A stretch of DNA of 64,000 nt from contig JAAILG010000170.1 in the NCBI GenBank assembly GCA_012026655.1, positions 1 through 64,000 of the forward strand, in the 5' to 3' direction. This document shows, in pieces, positions 23,891 to 37,470 of this stretch (position 1 is the stretch's first letter; each line of letters opens with the position of its first letter). The DNA comes from Hydrolagus affinis. Taxonomy: Eukaryota. Position numbers and translations under genes: made by a program. The notes beneath the pieces were generated by a model, which saw nothing but the letters and a program-made list of their open reading frames with translations, was not told where the DNA came from and did no database searches.

Positions 23891-26130
23891 ATTGTTAATT
23901 ATTATCGACAGTTTTTCCAAAAAAAAATTATCTAAGTCAGATCTCAGGAGTCCCCAGACCCTATCTCGGGGTGCAATGTGGACTGCAGTGTTTGATGCTT
24001 TTCATTGCAACTTTCAATGTTAATCCTCATCCATATGCAGAGGCATTAATGTACCTGCAATATGTTTGAAGGCTGACCCTTTAGTTAATGTTTTACATTG
24101 AAGGAGGAGGACAGAAGAAGCAGGCGATTGCTTGATGGAAGCAAACCTGTGTGGCTTTAGTTTCTGTGAAATTGTTTTGCTGCAGGGGGTCAAATTAAGA
24201 AAAACTATGTTTCCCAGATTCTCTTGGCGCTGCCCAATGTGTGAACAAACTGTGATGTCTTCTAAAAGAATAGCCACAAGCTCAAAACAGCACAAGACTT
24301 CCAATGGCGAGATCCACTGCATGAATTGAAAATATAAAGATAAGAAAGATTAAATTTGCCCACATGAAGAGACAGCTTTTCCCATCAGGGTAAAATATTT
24401 TGCTTCACAGAAGGGTCAGGTAACTTTACCTATCAAACGTATGGTTCTTTTTATATATTTGTAGGGCACACATAACTCGTTTTACTCGGCATCAGACAAT
24501 TCAGAAATTTTAAACGCCACGACAAACACGTATTTTATAATTCTTCAGTCCCATAAGATTCCTGGCTTCAAAACCTGCAATAGGATTTGATGTGCAACAA
24601 TGAACTTTGTGGTTTTCAGATGCAGTTTTATGAAGCATGTCAAGAATTCTTTTGATTTGTCTGCCTCTCATCAGAATGTGCTTTCTCATTCACTTCCCCA
24701 AACTCACATAAAATCTTTAATAATTACCAAATTCACACTGCTGGTACAGGCCCACATGTTCTTCTTGGATCGAATATTCTCAGACACACTTCCTTAGATA
24801 TAGTCCATCATCTATAAAGCTGCTGTCGCATAATATTCTTGCAAAGCCTGCTTCATTGATGTGGTTGTGAGCAGTAATGGAATAGAGTTAATTTAATGGG
24901 GATCTATCTTATGCTGAATGCTACATCCAGCAATCTTTTATTATTACGTCTTTGTAAAGGGGGAAATCCTATTATAAAGACACAGAGAGACAATCACTAT
25001 TTTTAACAATCAGGATAAGATGTGGACTGCAGTGTTTGATGCTTTTCATCACAACCTTCAAAATTAATCCTCATCCATGTGCAGAGGCATATATATGTAT
25101 ATTATATATATAGATATATATAAACACACTCTTCCTAATTGAATAACTGGGACATTTCTATAGGAAAATCTACATTTAGACCCCATCAACTAAACATAGC
25201 AAATCTCTAGTTGTGTTCTTATAATAAGGAAATCCCATTATAACTATGCAATGAAACATTTGCTATACTCTGGGAGGGATAGAGAACAAGCAATTTGTAC
25301 TTGTACTTAATGGAACAGCTTTGATTTTCATTGAGAAGCCCAGGTGAACGGCTGGGATTCCCAGTGCAGGACATCACTGAGTTTGAATAGAGTAATTGGA
25401 GACGGTGAGACAAATATTGATTAGTGGAACACCAAGCTTGGGGTTTTAATAGAGCACGGATTATCAGAGGAAGGATAGACGAAGCATTGAGTTCAAGGAT
25501 GGAAAAAAATGAGTAAGATGTTTTTAAAAGATAAACAACTTATCGTAATACTGTGATATAGAACCTATTAATGGTAACAATTAATGACACCTTCCGGACA
25601 TTGTGTAATTATTGCCCTTAGAGACAAAAGCCCAAACTGAAATATGGTATTCCGTTCCGTCGTTGTTTCTTCTGCGCTAGTTCATTTTTATCTGTCCCTC
25701 TCTTGGTGAGAGAATTCCCAGAAGTATTGGGAACTAATGTCACCCGTGTAGTAAATTGGCCGTTTAGAATTTCTTTGCCATGTCTGGCATGACTAATGGT
25801 CATTCCCGCTGAGCAGAGGTGGCCTCATTGTAGTACCTACCTCAGAGACCCACAAAATGGAGTTTGAAGTTTTGTGGCCGAGTTAAGGCTAGCATTTGCG
25901 GGCTGTCTGCCTGCCAATGGTCACAACCGAGCTAGATTGGTGAAATATCAGGTGACGGGTGAGGTGTTCTGCTTCCCAGTCTGCTCAATTAATCAGCCAA
26001 TTCTCTCCCCCAAATCCCGAAGGAGGCTTTTATTGCCATTACCTTCCAGTTGAAAAGTTAAGTTGTCGTTAATATTAACTCTGTTACTCTTCTAATGCCA
26101 TTTGTTGTCGATGTAATTTCACTTCTTACA

Positions 26131-26250
26131 AGAACAACAATAAATTACATTTGTATAGCGCCTTTCACATTGGGAGGACGTCCCAAGGCGCTGGACAGTT
26201 AGGGAATTGGACACGAGCAGGGGGTTGGGATCAGGTGGGGTGGAGGGAAG
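26131..26250 (-). mobile_element. L2 LINE 3' tail
   Basis: aacaacaataaattacatttgtatagcgcctttcacattgggaggacgtcccaaggcgctggaca. Confidence 0.85.
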
Positions 26251-27149
26251 GGCCAAGCTTTACTCTCATCAGCCTATGATTATAGATAATACTAATGTCT
26301 AATACTGGATAATTATATAATTATCCAGTATTAGCTAATCAGAGTGCATCCCTCTGGGAAGCAGGTGCACATTCCATTTGAGACAGGGTGATTTCCATAT
26401 ATAGGTGAAATACATATGTAAAATTCAGTCTAGTTGAATATTTTTAAGCACTGTGTATGTATAGTATCAGATACCTGGCTGGACAAAAAAACAGGTAAGC
26501 ATTTATCCTGGCGGCCTGCATCACTGTTGAATGGGTGTAAGGCACATCTGTACTTGAATGTTTGTATGGAGCACTGCTAGGAGTCTTTTACAGGCTGAAG
26601 ATTGGACAAAACCAATGAGATAGATAGCCAGTTATTTTCATAGAAAGTGAATAGTAGACAGTGGCTGACCTGAGCTTTTTTTTCTTTGATGTGGAAAGGT
26701 TGCAAAGCAGACTTTGATGCCATTGTGAAGCACAGTACTATGTCTTCCGGGCCCTTCAGTCCAGGTAGTGCTGCCAGATTGTGCACTTCCGCAGAGGTCG
26801 CGTTGCTAGACTGCATGTGTAGAGTTACCTGGGTGCAATGGACTCCAAGCATACAACAAATGAACTGGGGCACTGGGAACCTACAGATTGAAAGCTGTAA
26901 AGTGTTCAGAATTAAAGCAGCCAGGAAAATAATGGAAATTATAGATTTCTTGGGTGGTTGTGAAACAAATTCGAAGCCGCACTGGGCTGTAGGAAATTAA
27001 AACAGAAGCTAGTGGTGAATGAAATTCCATATCTCTGGTAAAGATCATGTCGGCATGTTAAGAGGTTTCACACGCAATATCAGCCCAATACAGCAGTTGG
27101 TTGGAAGCATATGTTGCAGTACAAGGATTTCTTAACATTTCACATGACT

Positions 27150-27590
27150 CACCGATGCCGCAGTGGGGAAGCGCCACAGTGTTCCACCCACAAATTATAC
27201 AGTCAATTCACTTTACAGCAATATTCTGTGAAGCACTTTGAGACGTCTCAAAGGTGTGATAAGGGGCTATACCAAACGCAAGGATTATTATTATTATTAT
27301 TGTTGAATGTGCCACTATTAGGATGAGACTTTTAACCAAGGTCTTGTCTTCCTATTGAGGTGGACTTTGTACTATTCGAAAAGAGAATGGAGTTTCTCTC
27401 ATTATCCTGGCCAACGAACCCCCAGATACAATGAGTCATTTTCTGTGTGACTATTGTGGACATTAACCTGCACAGATTAGCTGTCACTTTTGCTCGCAAA
27501 GTACACAGTCAAAGTACACAGTCAAAGTACACAGTCAAAGTATTCTGTGAAGTGCTTTGAACAGCCTGTTATTGTTATTATTATTTTGTA
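27150..27590 (+). mobile_element. SINE 3' half followed by a Deu-SINE fragment
   Basis: Tail ending (ATT)n at about 27303; then ggatgagacttttaaccaaggtc...cctggccaa...tgtgaagtgctttga. Confidence 0.75.
27497..27542. repeat. 13-bp tandem repeat CAAAGTACACAGT x3.5 inside a SINE body
   Basis: Three perfect units plus a partial unit. Confidence 0.95.
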
Positions 27591-29255
27591 CTCCAATCTA
27601 GTCATTGCAGAACTTGTTATTGTAAATAGCCACAATGCTTTATGAAGGACTTGAGTAGGATGAATGGGAATGGGTTAACAAGCCTCACGATTTACATGTA
27701 AAATCAGAGGCTGTGTATAAGATGAGTGAAATGTGGGAGACGATGTATCGGAAGTGGGGCACTGGTTGCAGGCAGACTACAGTATCCCATTTCTGTGCGA
27801 AGGGTTAAGCTCCTGATTATGAACTGCAGTGACTTATATTATCCTAGCAGCGTTGGCACAGTGCAGTAAAATGTAACAATCTCGCATGTCATCGGCTGAG
27901 CATTACCTGTTACCTCAAAATGCTGGAAATGTCACCTTGTACAGTGGGGAATACTCTTGTGGGATTAGGGTCAGGGTTCACTGCAGTGTTAGGGCAGTGC
28001 TGATAGCTGCTGATGTGCACAGTAGCTGATCAAAGTGGCTTTGTACTGATATGAGACAGAAAGCATTATAATACCACAAATCACTGTCACTTTGGTCACC
28101 GAAATGATGAATAAAAAAATTATTGTAATATCTGCCTACTCAAATGTTGTTGCTTAATTTTATCATGTCAAAGTCAATTTCCGATAGCGTGGCTCATGGA
28201 AGCTTGCATTCAGTTTATGCTGCAGGTTTCATTATTGCAAGTCTTCCTCTTTGTAGTATGTGTTTAACTCCCTTTGCCGTCTGTGTTTCAATCTATTGTT
28301 TCAATCCCAGATTTTAATTTCTGCAATTTAATGCCTCTGCCAGTAATTTAATTTCATATCACTCTCCCGGATTTTGTTTTGGATTTATGAGTTTTTTAAG
28401 GCTGGTATTTCTATGTGTGGGGGGAGAAAGGTTATCATGTATAAAACGGCAGAATCAAATCCCTCGATGTTAACCCTTTGGGTAATAAACTGCCGTGCCT
28501 GTTCAAAAATAACCTGCAAGATCATAGCTCTGATGGGAGTGACATTCGCAGCACGTAATAGCCATCCGATGGCCTTCAAGAGCCGCTGTTTATTTAAATG
28601 AAATTCAAAGTACATTTTTTGCGTTTCAGGCAATAAGTACAGAGAAGCTGAGCGGCACAGAATAATTGGAAGTATCTGTCTTAAAGGCAGTTTTCATTTT
28701 TTAAAAATACCGGGTCCCACCTGAAAACATTCTCTTTTGAACTTCAGGGTTGAATTAAGTGCTAGATATTGCAATACACTTTTAAAAAAACAAAAACAGA
28801 ATGCTTTGTAGAGCAAAACTGTCACCTGACCCCAGACAAAACGGAGAGATTTTATGAATGTGATCGGGAGCGAGAATCATGCAGGGGTGAAAAATGCCAC
28901 CTTTTACTTTCAGATATGCCAAGGCAGCAAGTCCAAGGTTGTGAAGGGCAGATAGCAGGAAGTACAATATTTAATCTATTTGCAGTACTGATGAAACAGC
29001 TTGATGGTGTAATGAGGGTACGGTAGAGCGGGCAATCTGGTAAAATTAGATAGATGAAAAAGGCCTTCTTCATCCATTTCTCTCTTATGCGATTTATTAT
29101 TTGCCACTGTGCTAATTATTACTGCATTTATTACCACGTCGCATTATTTATTCTATGGTTACTTTTCAGAATTTTAATCAACAGGCTTTTCAGAGAGGCC
29201 CCAAAGTAGAAAAGTACCACTTTGTTGAAATGTCCAACAAGTAATGACGTTCATC

Positions 29256-29981
29256 CTAGCTCAGTTGGTAGCACTCTCAATCACTGAGTCAAAGTGTTGG
29301 GTTGAAGCCTAATATCAGGACTAATCATTCCAAAGCTTTGGAGCTTGTGGAGTCCTGTGGCTCACTGGTTGGAGCCTTACAAGTGAGAGACCTGGGTTTG
29401 ATTTCCGGCAGATCAAACGAAACCATGGGCAAGTTTGCTTACTCCACATGCCTGATAATAATCCCTCAAGAAAAAAAGCAATAATAAAAATTGGTCATTT
29501 CAACCCACTACTGTTTGTGGGACACCGCTGTGTGCAATTGGCTGCCGTGTTTCGCCCACAAATATACAGTCAGTTCACTTTACAGTATATTTTGTGAAGC
29601 ACTTTGAGACGTCTAGAAGATATGAAAAGCACTATATCAATATACAAGGATTATAAAATTACTCCACATTAGCATTGTCAAGAGATTCTGACCTTAAATG
29701 ACCCTTAAACCAAAGTCCCTTCTGCCTGTTGAAGTGGACGCCAATGATCCCATGGCACTGTTGGAAAAGAGAAGGGAGTTTCTCCAGTGTCCAGGCTATC
29801 AATTCTTCAGATAAAATTGTTAAACATTATACTTGTCATGAATTTCACTTTATGGCTGTTTGTGAGGCACCGTTATGCAGAAATTGTCTGCCATGCTCTC
29901 TCCCCTACCTTTACCAATACCCTTTGAGACATTTCAACAGTGTGATAAGGTGCTGTATCAATTGTAAGGATAATTATTATT
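29256..29981 (+). mobile_element. Deu-domain SINE hosting a younger tRNA-SINE (29349-29654)
   Basis: Host head tagctcagttggtagcactctc; Deu core gatcccatggcactgttggaaaagagaagggag resumes after the inner SINE. Confidence 0.8.
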
Positions 29982-30595
29982 TTGGTATATATAAGTTTTG
30001 CTGATTAGCTAATTTTGAATGCTAGCTGTTAACCAGAATGTTGAAAGTGTATCTGAAATTTAGACCCAGTAATCTCAATTTCTTTTAACTCAGCATACAC
30101 AGTAATTCAAGTTTCTGGAGAATTCCAGATATCAAATTTGTTTGTGGATCTTGCACGCTAAGATTTTCCACTTGTTGGCATGTCTAATTGTTGAATATTA
30201 CTGTTGTCAGGTCTTCTTTCACTCTGCCTGGGACTTCGGCTGTAGCTGGATGTTCCAATAACATTACAGTTTGTACTGTTATCATCCTAATTACACAAAG
30301 ATTGCTGAAATTGTGTTTTAGATGTATTCTCTACAGTGGCTCCTCTGATACCACTCTGATTTCTGGACCAATTGGATTTGGGTTCAAACCTCCCTCTGAA
30401 CTCCCAATCTATGGTGGTGCAGCCCTATATTGCTGTTCATTGTTTGATTGTGCCATACTTTGGATGGGACGTTGAAATAAAGTCTTGTGCACCTGTTCAG
30501 GTGGTCACTAAAATCCATCAGTGCATCATTGCACAAACACACTATGGAGTTCTATGTGAGTCCTGGGCAATATTTATTTCTCATCCAAATCTGGC

Positions 30596-30893
30596 ACAAC
30601 AACAAAATTACATTTGTAGAGCGCGTTTCGCGTCGGGAGAATGTCCCAAGGCGCTGAACAGTCAGGGGTGGGACACGAGCGCTGGGGGGATTGCAGGGTT
30701 GGGATGAGGGAGGGCAGAATGGTAGCACAGCAACTAGAAGGCATGGTCGAAGAGGAGGGTCTTGAAGGAGGCAAGGGAGGGAGCAAGGCGAAGGGATTGT
30801 GGAACGGAGTTCCAAAGTATAGGGGCAGGGAGGCTGAAGGTCCAGCCGGCGATGGTAGGACGAGTCAGGCGGGAGACATGAAGCAGGACGGAG
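30596..30893 (-). mobile_element. L2 LINE 3' end (ORF2 C-terminus plus tail)
   Basis: Minus strand encodes RPTIAGWTFSLPAPILWNSVPQSLRLAPSLASFKTLLFDHAF; (TTG)n tail. Confidence 0.9.
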
Positions 30894-32413
30894 CAATAAT
30901 AAATTGCATTTATCAAGCACCTTTCACATCGGAAGGACTTCCCAAAACGCAGGTCATTAACCATCTCTTTGTTATTCACGGGACATCGCTGTTGGAAATT
31001 TACTTCCAGTTTTACTTACAGAATGACACATTAACGTCAGTGCTCTGAAACAGTATACTCCATGAGGAAACACTCTTCAAGTACAAGTTGTTCTAAGTTG
31101 TTGTCGTAGCCACCTAACCTGCGGCAAGATTTTCTTTCTTTTTTTTGTAAAAACAATATATATTTTGAATTAATGGCGCTGTATCCTGAATGCATTGCTA
31201 AGATGAAGATACTATATAAGCAATTCCAACAAGTGCAAAATGAACAGGTGCAATACCACCTGGGGCAAACTGTTTACCACATTGTCCTGAACTCATAATC
31301 GTCTCACCCTCCAAACCAGCCAAATGCATTCTCCTAGTGGGGGAAAAACTGAAGAAAAGCTGCTGCACTGCTGTGCAGCAGAAGTGCAATTTAATGGTAT
31401 CACTAAATATAAAACAGAGAACAGTGCATAGGGAAATATACTCAACTGTTCCATGCTGGTCCACATATTAAGCTGATGCTACTCGCCTCCCCAAAAATAG
31501 CAGCAGCGAAATATACCTTTTTGGCTAGCAAACACAAAGTCTCTCTCTTTCCAAGTGAAAAATGGATTACAGAATCTCAAGGTAAAATTGCACCAATTCA
31601 CACATTTTATTTCCTTATCAATTATTGCTGAGAAAAGTCATGTTAAACAGTAAATTAATCTGATTCATATGTGGCAAGGGGAATGGAAATTAGCTGTGGC
31701 ATAAAGCAGAATTATACACCATAGAGTTTAGAGCATTCAAGTTCAACCACAGTCAGAGTCTGCTTAGCTATTGTTAATATGAAATCTCTCTGTGCAGTAA
31801 TGCAATCCTTTGAGACTAATCCTGTAATTTGTGTCCTTTTTTCGTATTGTGACTGAGAATGCAGGCAACCAGTTGTTCAGTATGTGAAACAAACCACAGT
31901 TGCACTGGCAACAAATAATTCACCACAATAGCAATCTTGTGTTTAAGGATAAAGAAAATCAGGAGGAGTAAAGGGTCCTCCCATGGTCCAATATTGCACT
32001 TTCCACAAGCCCAAGTGCAGAAATCTTCCCCCAGAGTCTTTTCAATCTTCGCATGTATTTCACGTTGATTTTCAGGCTTTTTAACTCAAAGCCTACAGCT
32101 GCATTTCCTCTGCTCTTCAAGCAGCAAAATTACTGTATACCCCATTCTCCCTGATCATATAACGCTGCAGTGCAGTAAAACCTCCTTTGGCTTTTCTTTG
32201 TTATTGATAAAACAAATACGTTTTATAAAAATAAGCATTTTAAAAATCCATGCGGATCGTGAGACTGTGGTGAATGTAGGAAAGGCAGTCAGGCTTGGTT
32301 AGCTTTTAACGTGCGTTAAAGTGGTTTCCGTGTTACAAGCTGTGTTGGACTGGTTTGAAAAATATTTGCATATTCTTGGATTTTTAGAGTTACACGATGT
32401 GTGTTTCGCCAGC

Positions 32414-32745
32414 AACAATAATAACTTCTGTATAGCGTCTTTCACATTGGGAGGATATCCCAAGGTGCGGAACAAGGATTTGGACCACGCAGAGGGTTGG
32501 GCCCAGGGGGTTAGGTGGCAGGGAAGGGAAAGGTTACAATATGCAGTCGAAGAGAAGGGTCCTGAAACATGCCTTGAAGGAGGCAAGGGAAGGAGCGAGA
32601 CGAACAGACTGGGGATGGAGTTGCAAATGGTGGGGGCAGAGAAGCTGAAGGCCTGACCACCAATGATGGGGAGCTGGGTGGGAGACAGGGAGCAGACCTG
32701 CTGAGTGGAGGAAGTGGACATGTTGATATGGGGTTAGCAGGTCAC
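32414..32745 (-). mobile_element. L2 LINE 3' end
   Basis: IGGQAFSFSAPTICNSIP / LAPSLASFKACFRTLLFD. Confidence 0.88.
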
Positions 32746-33209
32746 AGAGCAAACATCTTCCCACCTAATGAGGCTGAGATATCACTCTATTCCTGGCCAG
32801 CATTGGCTAAGGACATTCACAACCAGTTGCTATGTGAAGCGCGAGACTGGGACTGTCTGATTTTTTTCCCCCTTCCTTAAGGGAAGATCGTGCCTTCACT
32901 TGACACCATCTGAAATTGTGAATTTGCCACACAGAGGACGCGTGCCCCAAGCTCTGCGTGATTCAGTGCATCACCGCACAAACACATCATGGCAGCAAAC
33001 TTTTATTTCACTTTTATAGGCTTGCATTGTGGCCTTCAAGGGTGAGTTCTGTGCAGTGTTGCAAAAGGCAACAATTCTAGGTCAAAAATTGCAGTGATTC
33101 GATGCAATGGGACATTAGCAGTGTGCCTTAAAACCCTCACAAAAAGGACCTTGTGCTGAAAGTGTGTGACTTTTCCACGTCCTTTTCCGACTTGGACAGA
33201 TGATCGAGG

Positions 33210-33420
33210 GAAAATCTGTGTAGGGCCCATTTGTAACTGTGGTCTTGCACCCACTGGGAAGTGGGTAATGACACATATATTCCACAGATTCCACTTAGGA
33301 CTCTTGTAGCCCACAGAGAGAGGCAACCTTGAACCCCCTTGGTATCTGGGAATGGATTCAAAGCCAGCCCAAAGGTGGAAAGAAATTGTTCCACACCACT
33401 GAGGTGCAGTCGCACTCACG
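33210..33420 (-). mobile_element. Old SINE resembling the LF-SINE 5' half
   Basis: Minus strand ctttccacctttgggctggctttgaatccattcccag...cctaagtggaat...cccacttcccagtggg; related copy at 46845-46990. Confidence 0.45.
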
Positions 33421-34984
33421 TTATTTATTATTGCTTATTTAGGCAGCATTGGGAATGAAAAGTTATTTTGTCCAGCTACTCATTTGTCTTATTCTATTTT
33501 ACAATTTATGGATGTTGTTCAGCATTTATTCAGCATTACTGAGCTGAAGACAAGTTAGTTTGTTGTGTTTTTAAAATAAAATCAATAACCTCAATATGCA
33601 GCAGAAAACAAGTGGGCTGATTTAAAATGTGGCTTATTATCAAATTAACTATGAAATTTCCCAACAAATTAAAGTACAAGAAATATTATTAATCAACAGG
33701 CTAATGTGACCTCACTGTACAATTTTGCTAATTGCTTTCCAAGAAAGTATGTGCGTTAAAATAAAATCAGACTTTACATTTACCAAGGATATAGTTAAAT
33801 GGACAATTATCATGTGCCTAACCTTCTGTCCCAGTTCTTCCAACAGTATGAAACTGTCGAGCAGAATTAGGATAATTAATGTAATCATTGGTTCCGTTTT
33901 GCCCTGTTCACAAGGTGGTTCACAGCCATTTCAATCTTGTCTTAATGGTACGAGTAATTTTGAACTACAATAAGATAAATGGACAAAAGCCATAACACTG
34001 TATGAGGCTGCATGATGTGCTCATGTCCTGGCCAACAATCCCCCAGATAAAACTAGCCATTCCCCTCACAGCTGTTTGTGAGACATTGCTGGCAGCAGCA
34101 ATTTGCCAACAAAACACACAGTCACTACACTTTTAAGTAGATCTTGTGAAACGCTTTGAGATGTCTCGCTGACGTGATTGAGCGCTATATCAAATGCAAA
34201 GATGATATGGTGTAGGTCTCCCTCTTCAACGAGTACTCGGGGCTGAATACCATTTAACAAATTGTAGATTAATGTATTGCTTAAAGATGTTGCTATTCCT
34301 CTATCTGGCCAGAGTTTTTATTTTAATTAATGCCTGGTATCATGACCTGCGGGTGAGCTTCTTTTGTTATTTTTGCCTGCAACTCGCTTGGTCTTATACT
34401 AATATATTTTTTGACAGGCTCGCAATTTTCCCTAATGCTCAGCAATCATTCCATTGTTTTTTCTCTCAAGATCAACATACGTTTAGAGCTCTGTGGGAAG
34501 ATATGAATATAAACCTACGAGTCAGTGGGACTGGCATGGATCAGCACTGACAAGCCAGGGTCAGATAGATGCACCACAAGATTTTGCTTTTATTAGATTT
34601 ATGTCCAGGAGAATGTGAGGGTAATATTACATTGCCTGCGGAAGCAAAAGTACACATGTTAAAATTGTGTTCCAGTACCAGCCATAGGACCTGGGTTTGG
34701 GCTTGATGATTCCATCACAAGCAGAGTACCAGTCACTGCCCGATCACTCCGGGAGTTTGTACCAGAATACTCCCCAAATCCTGTTGGGAGCCAGGAAACA
34801 GAAATCAGAGAGAAAAATAAACAAAGCACTGCTCCATATCGCCATATGATGGAAATCGATGGATGCGTTCAAGGCAGAGGTGAACATATGGGGCCACATG
34901 GGGAAGTGGATACATTCAAGGTTAGGATGAAAAGGTGGTGAAGTGAGAACCGAGATTGAGAGAGTTGTGTTGTGATGGTCCCAT

Positions 34985-35420
34985 CGGCAACTCCTTGTTC
35001 ACCCCCCCACCGCCCCCCCCGCTTCCCGTCCCCGTCCCCCCCCGTCCCCCCCCACCCTCAGCTCGGGTCTGAGCATTAACTTGTCCAGCGCCTTGGGACA
35101 TCCTCCTCACGTGAAAGGTGCTATACAAGTGTAATTTTGTTGTTGTTATTGTGTCATGGAGGTTCTGGACTCGATCCGCTCAGCATGCTCCTTCCTGCTC
35201 ACATCCCCTGCCTGGCCCGGTTCAACCCAACCTTGCTGCCTCCCTTGCCTTCTTCAATGCACAATTCAAGACCCTCTTTTTCGACCACCCATTCAGCCAC
35301 CCTCCTACCCCCACCCTTCCTGATCCCGACCCCCTGCTCGGGTCGAAACCGCTGACTGAAAAGCACTTTGGGATGTCCTCCCAATGTGAAAGACCCAATA
35401 GAAATGTAATTCATTGTTGA
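34985..35420 (+). mobile_element. Two tandem L2 3' ends
   Basis: ccagcgccttgggacatcctcctcacgtgaaaggtgctatacaagtgtaattttgttgttg; second copy LAASLAFFNAQFKTLFFDHPF. Confidence 0.85.
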
Positions 35421-37284
35421 CGTTGATGGTCTTCTCCATTTCTACGTCCCCACATGTTCAGTGTATATCAGTACACCTCCGAGCTAATGATGACAGCTTG
35501 CTCTGGTTAAAGGCAATGATGCTTCCTGGCCAGCTTTGGGATGGTTGGCACATGGAATGAGGCAACGGTGTAAGAAGTGGAGAAAATATCAAATACTAAT
35601 GAAGCACTTGAATAGTGCCTTGCTCTCTCAGCAATAAAATACATATCCAGAAGGCTATTTGGAAGAGATGGTGTTCTAAACAATTCAAAGCAATATATAT
35701 GATGGCAAATTCAAATGCCTGTACTTTGGCAGTATTTACTGGTACCATTACAATTCAAAAGTTGTGTGTAGCATATTGTGCTTTTTTTGTTTACTCTTCA
35801 TTTCTTTTAGAAAACTAATAGCAAAGGTTTTTGGTTGTTCAATCCTCCCCCTTTCATTCTGCTCTGCCTTGACCTCCTCTGTCTCACAGGACCTGGTGTT
35901 TTGCAAGCTCATCTCTTGTTGGTGTGCAATCTTTTAAACGTTCCCTTCTTTCCTCCTCTTGGCTTCTGACACTAATCTCAGTGAGTTTGAATACATTCAA
36001 GGGAGAGACTGCTGAGCATTCAGCTTGGCATCGCCGCAACCAGAAATGACTCATATCTCCATGACGAGTTATCCTAATGGCCTTTGTGACGAAACCCTAA
36101 AAACAAATGGTATGAATGAAGCAAAGATTTGGCAGTCTATCATCAAGAAAGAGCAGCTGAAGCGCCTCAATTTGCAGCACAGAGAAACGAGTGAGAATAT
36201 ACTGAGCACTGCTTATAAATATGCGTAGACTCTGAGTGAAAACACCAAGCGCTTAAACAATTAAGGTGAGCGTTACGTCTCTCTCTCTACTCTAATAAAT
36301 GGTGCAGTTTGCTCTTTCTGCAAGATCCATTTGTGGACCTGGGATCAAATTCATGCATGTTGCTGAATAACACAATCTTATCAGTTAGGCCAGTTCTGAG
36401 AGACTGGAATAAACCATACACTGTAATTGTTATGGGTCATCCACCACCAAGGCTGACATCTGAATCAATTCCTGAGACTATTGATTTGGCAGCTTCAATG
36501 ATACTGGGGGAACATTTTTAGTCAAGAAGACCTGTGGTGTGGCATGTTGACTGTTTGAAACAGAGTAAGTCCTTCCAGCAATATTGTAGATTGAAGGTAT
36601 TTACTAGGTTCTGTCACTCAGCCCAAACCTGCATTTTTTTTCCAATGTTATTCAAAACGTGCTTGATCACAGACTATACCTAAGAGTGGCTTCACTGACT
36701 GAGTCTTGGAGTTCTGACTACACCCCAGAGGAAGGTGCAGAGGGTGGAGGGAAGGGGGTTGGGAGGACGGAGAACATTTACGCAGCACCCAGAATCAGGA
36801 AGAGGGCAGCGTTCCTCCTCCATTCACCTATTTTGTTTCATTACTGTATTGTTCTCTGAACACAGACTAGAATAAATAGATGAAAATCTCTCTGGATACT
36901 AAGATTTTACCCAATTTCTAATTATAGTGGGACGACTGTACAAAACTGCTCAGAATTCAGTAAAAATTGAAATGGTAACTTCGATTTAAGCATGAAGCAT
37001 GACTTTGAGTCCTTTTTACTCATATCTTATATAAAACTTGTTGTTTTTATTCATAAACCTCAGCGGACGACCGAGAGAGGGCCAAGTATTTTCAATGGAA
37101 AATAAAATAAATCAAAATGTGTGGATATTAGGTATCTTTATACATCATGTGCTTTGATTCTTCAATGTGTCCAGAAGTTCTCTTCCTTTTCCTTGGCACC
37201 AAAGTGACATTTGATAGTGTGAACTTGGCGCGTTCCATGGTTGTATTTATTCCCAGTTGCTTTTATTTAACTTTTCCAAACATA

Positions 37285-37470
37285 TTGAAGGAGAATCTCT
37301 CCTGTTACCCCGGCCAACAAGCCCCTAGATAAAGATTGGTCTTTCACTTCACGGCTGTTCACGAGACATTGTCCTGCACAAATTGGCTGGAATGTTGTCT
37401 GCAAATACACAGTCACTACACTTAACAGTAAAATTCTGTGAAGTGCATCGAGACATTCTCCTGACGTGCG
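37285..37470 (+). mobile_element. Deu-SINE 3' half
   Basis: ccggccaacaagcccctagataaagattgg...aattggctgg...attctgtgaagtgc. Confidence 0.7.

Noticed and set aside
27497-27542. CRISPR-like array
   Set aside because: Spacerless tandem repeat in eukaryotic DNA.
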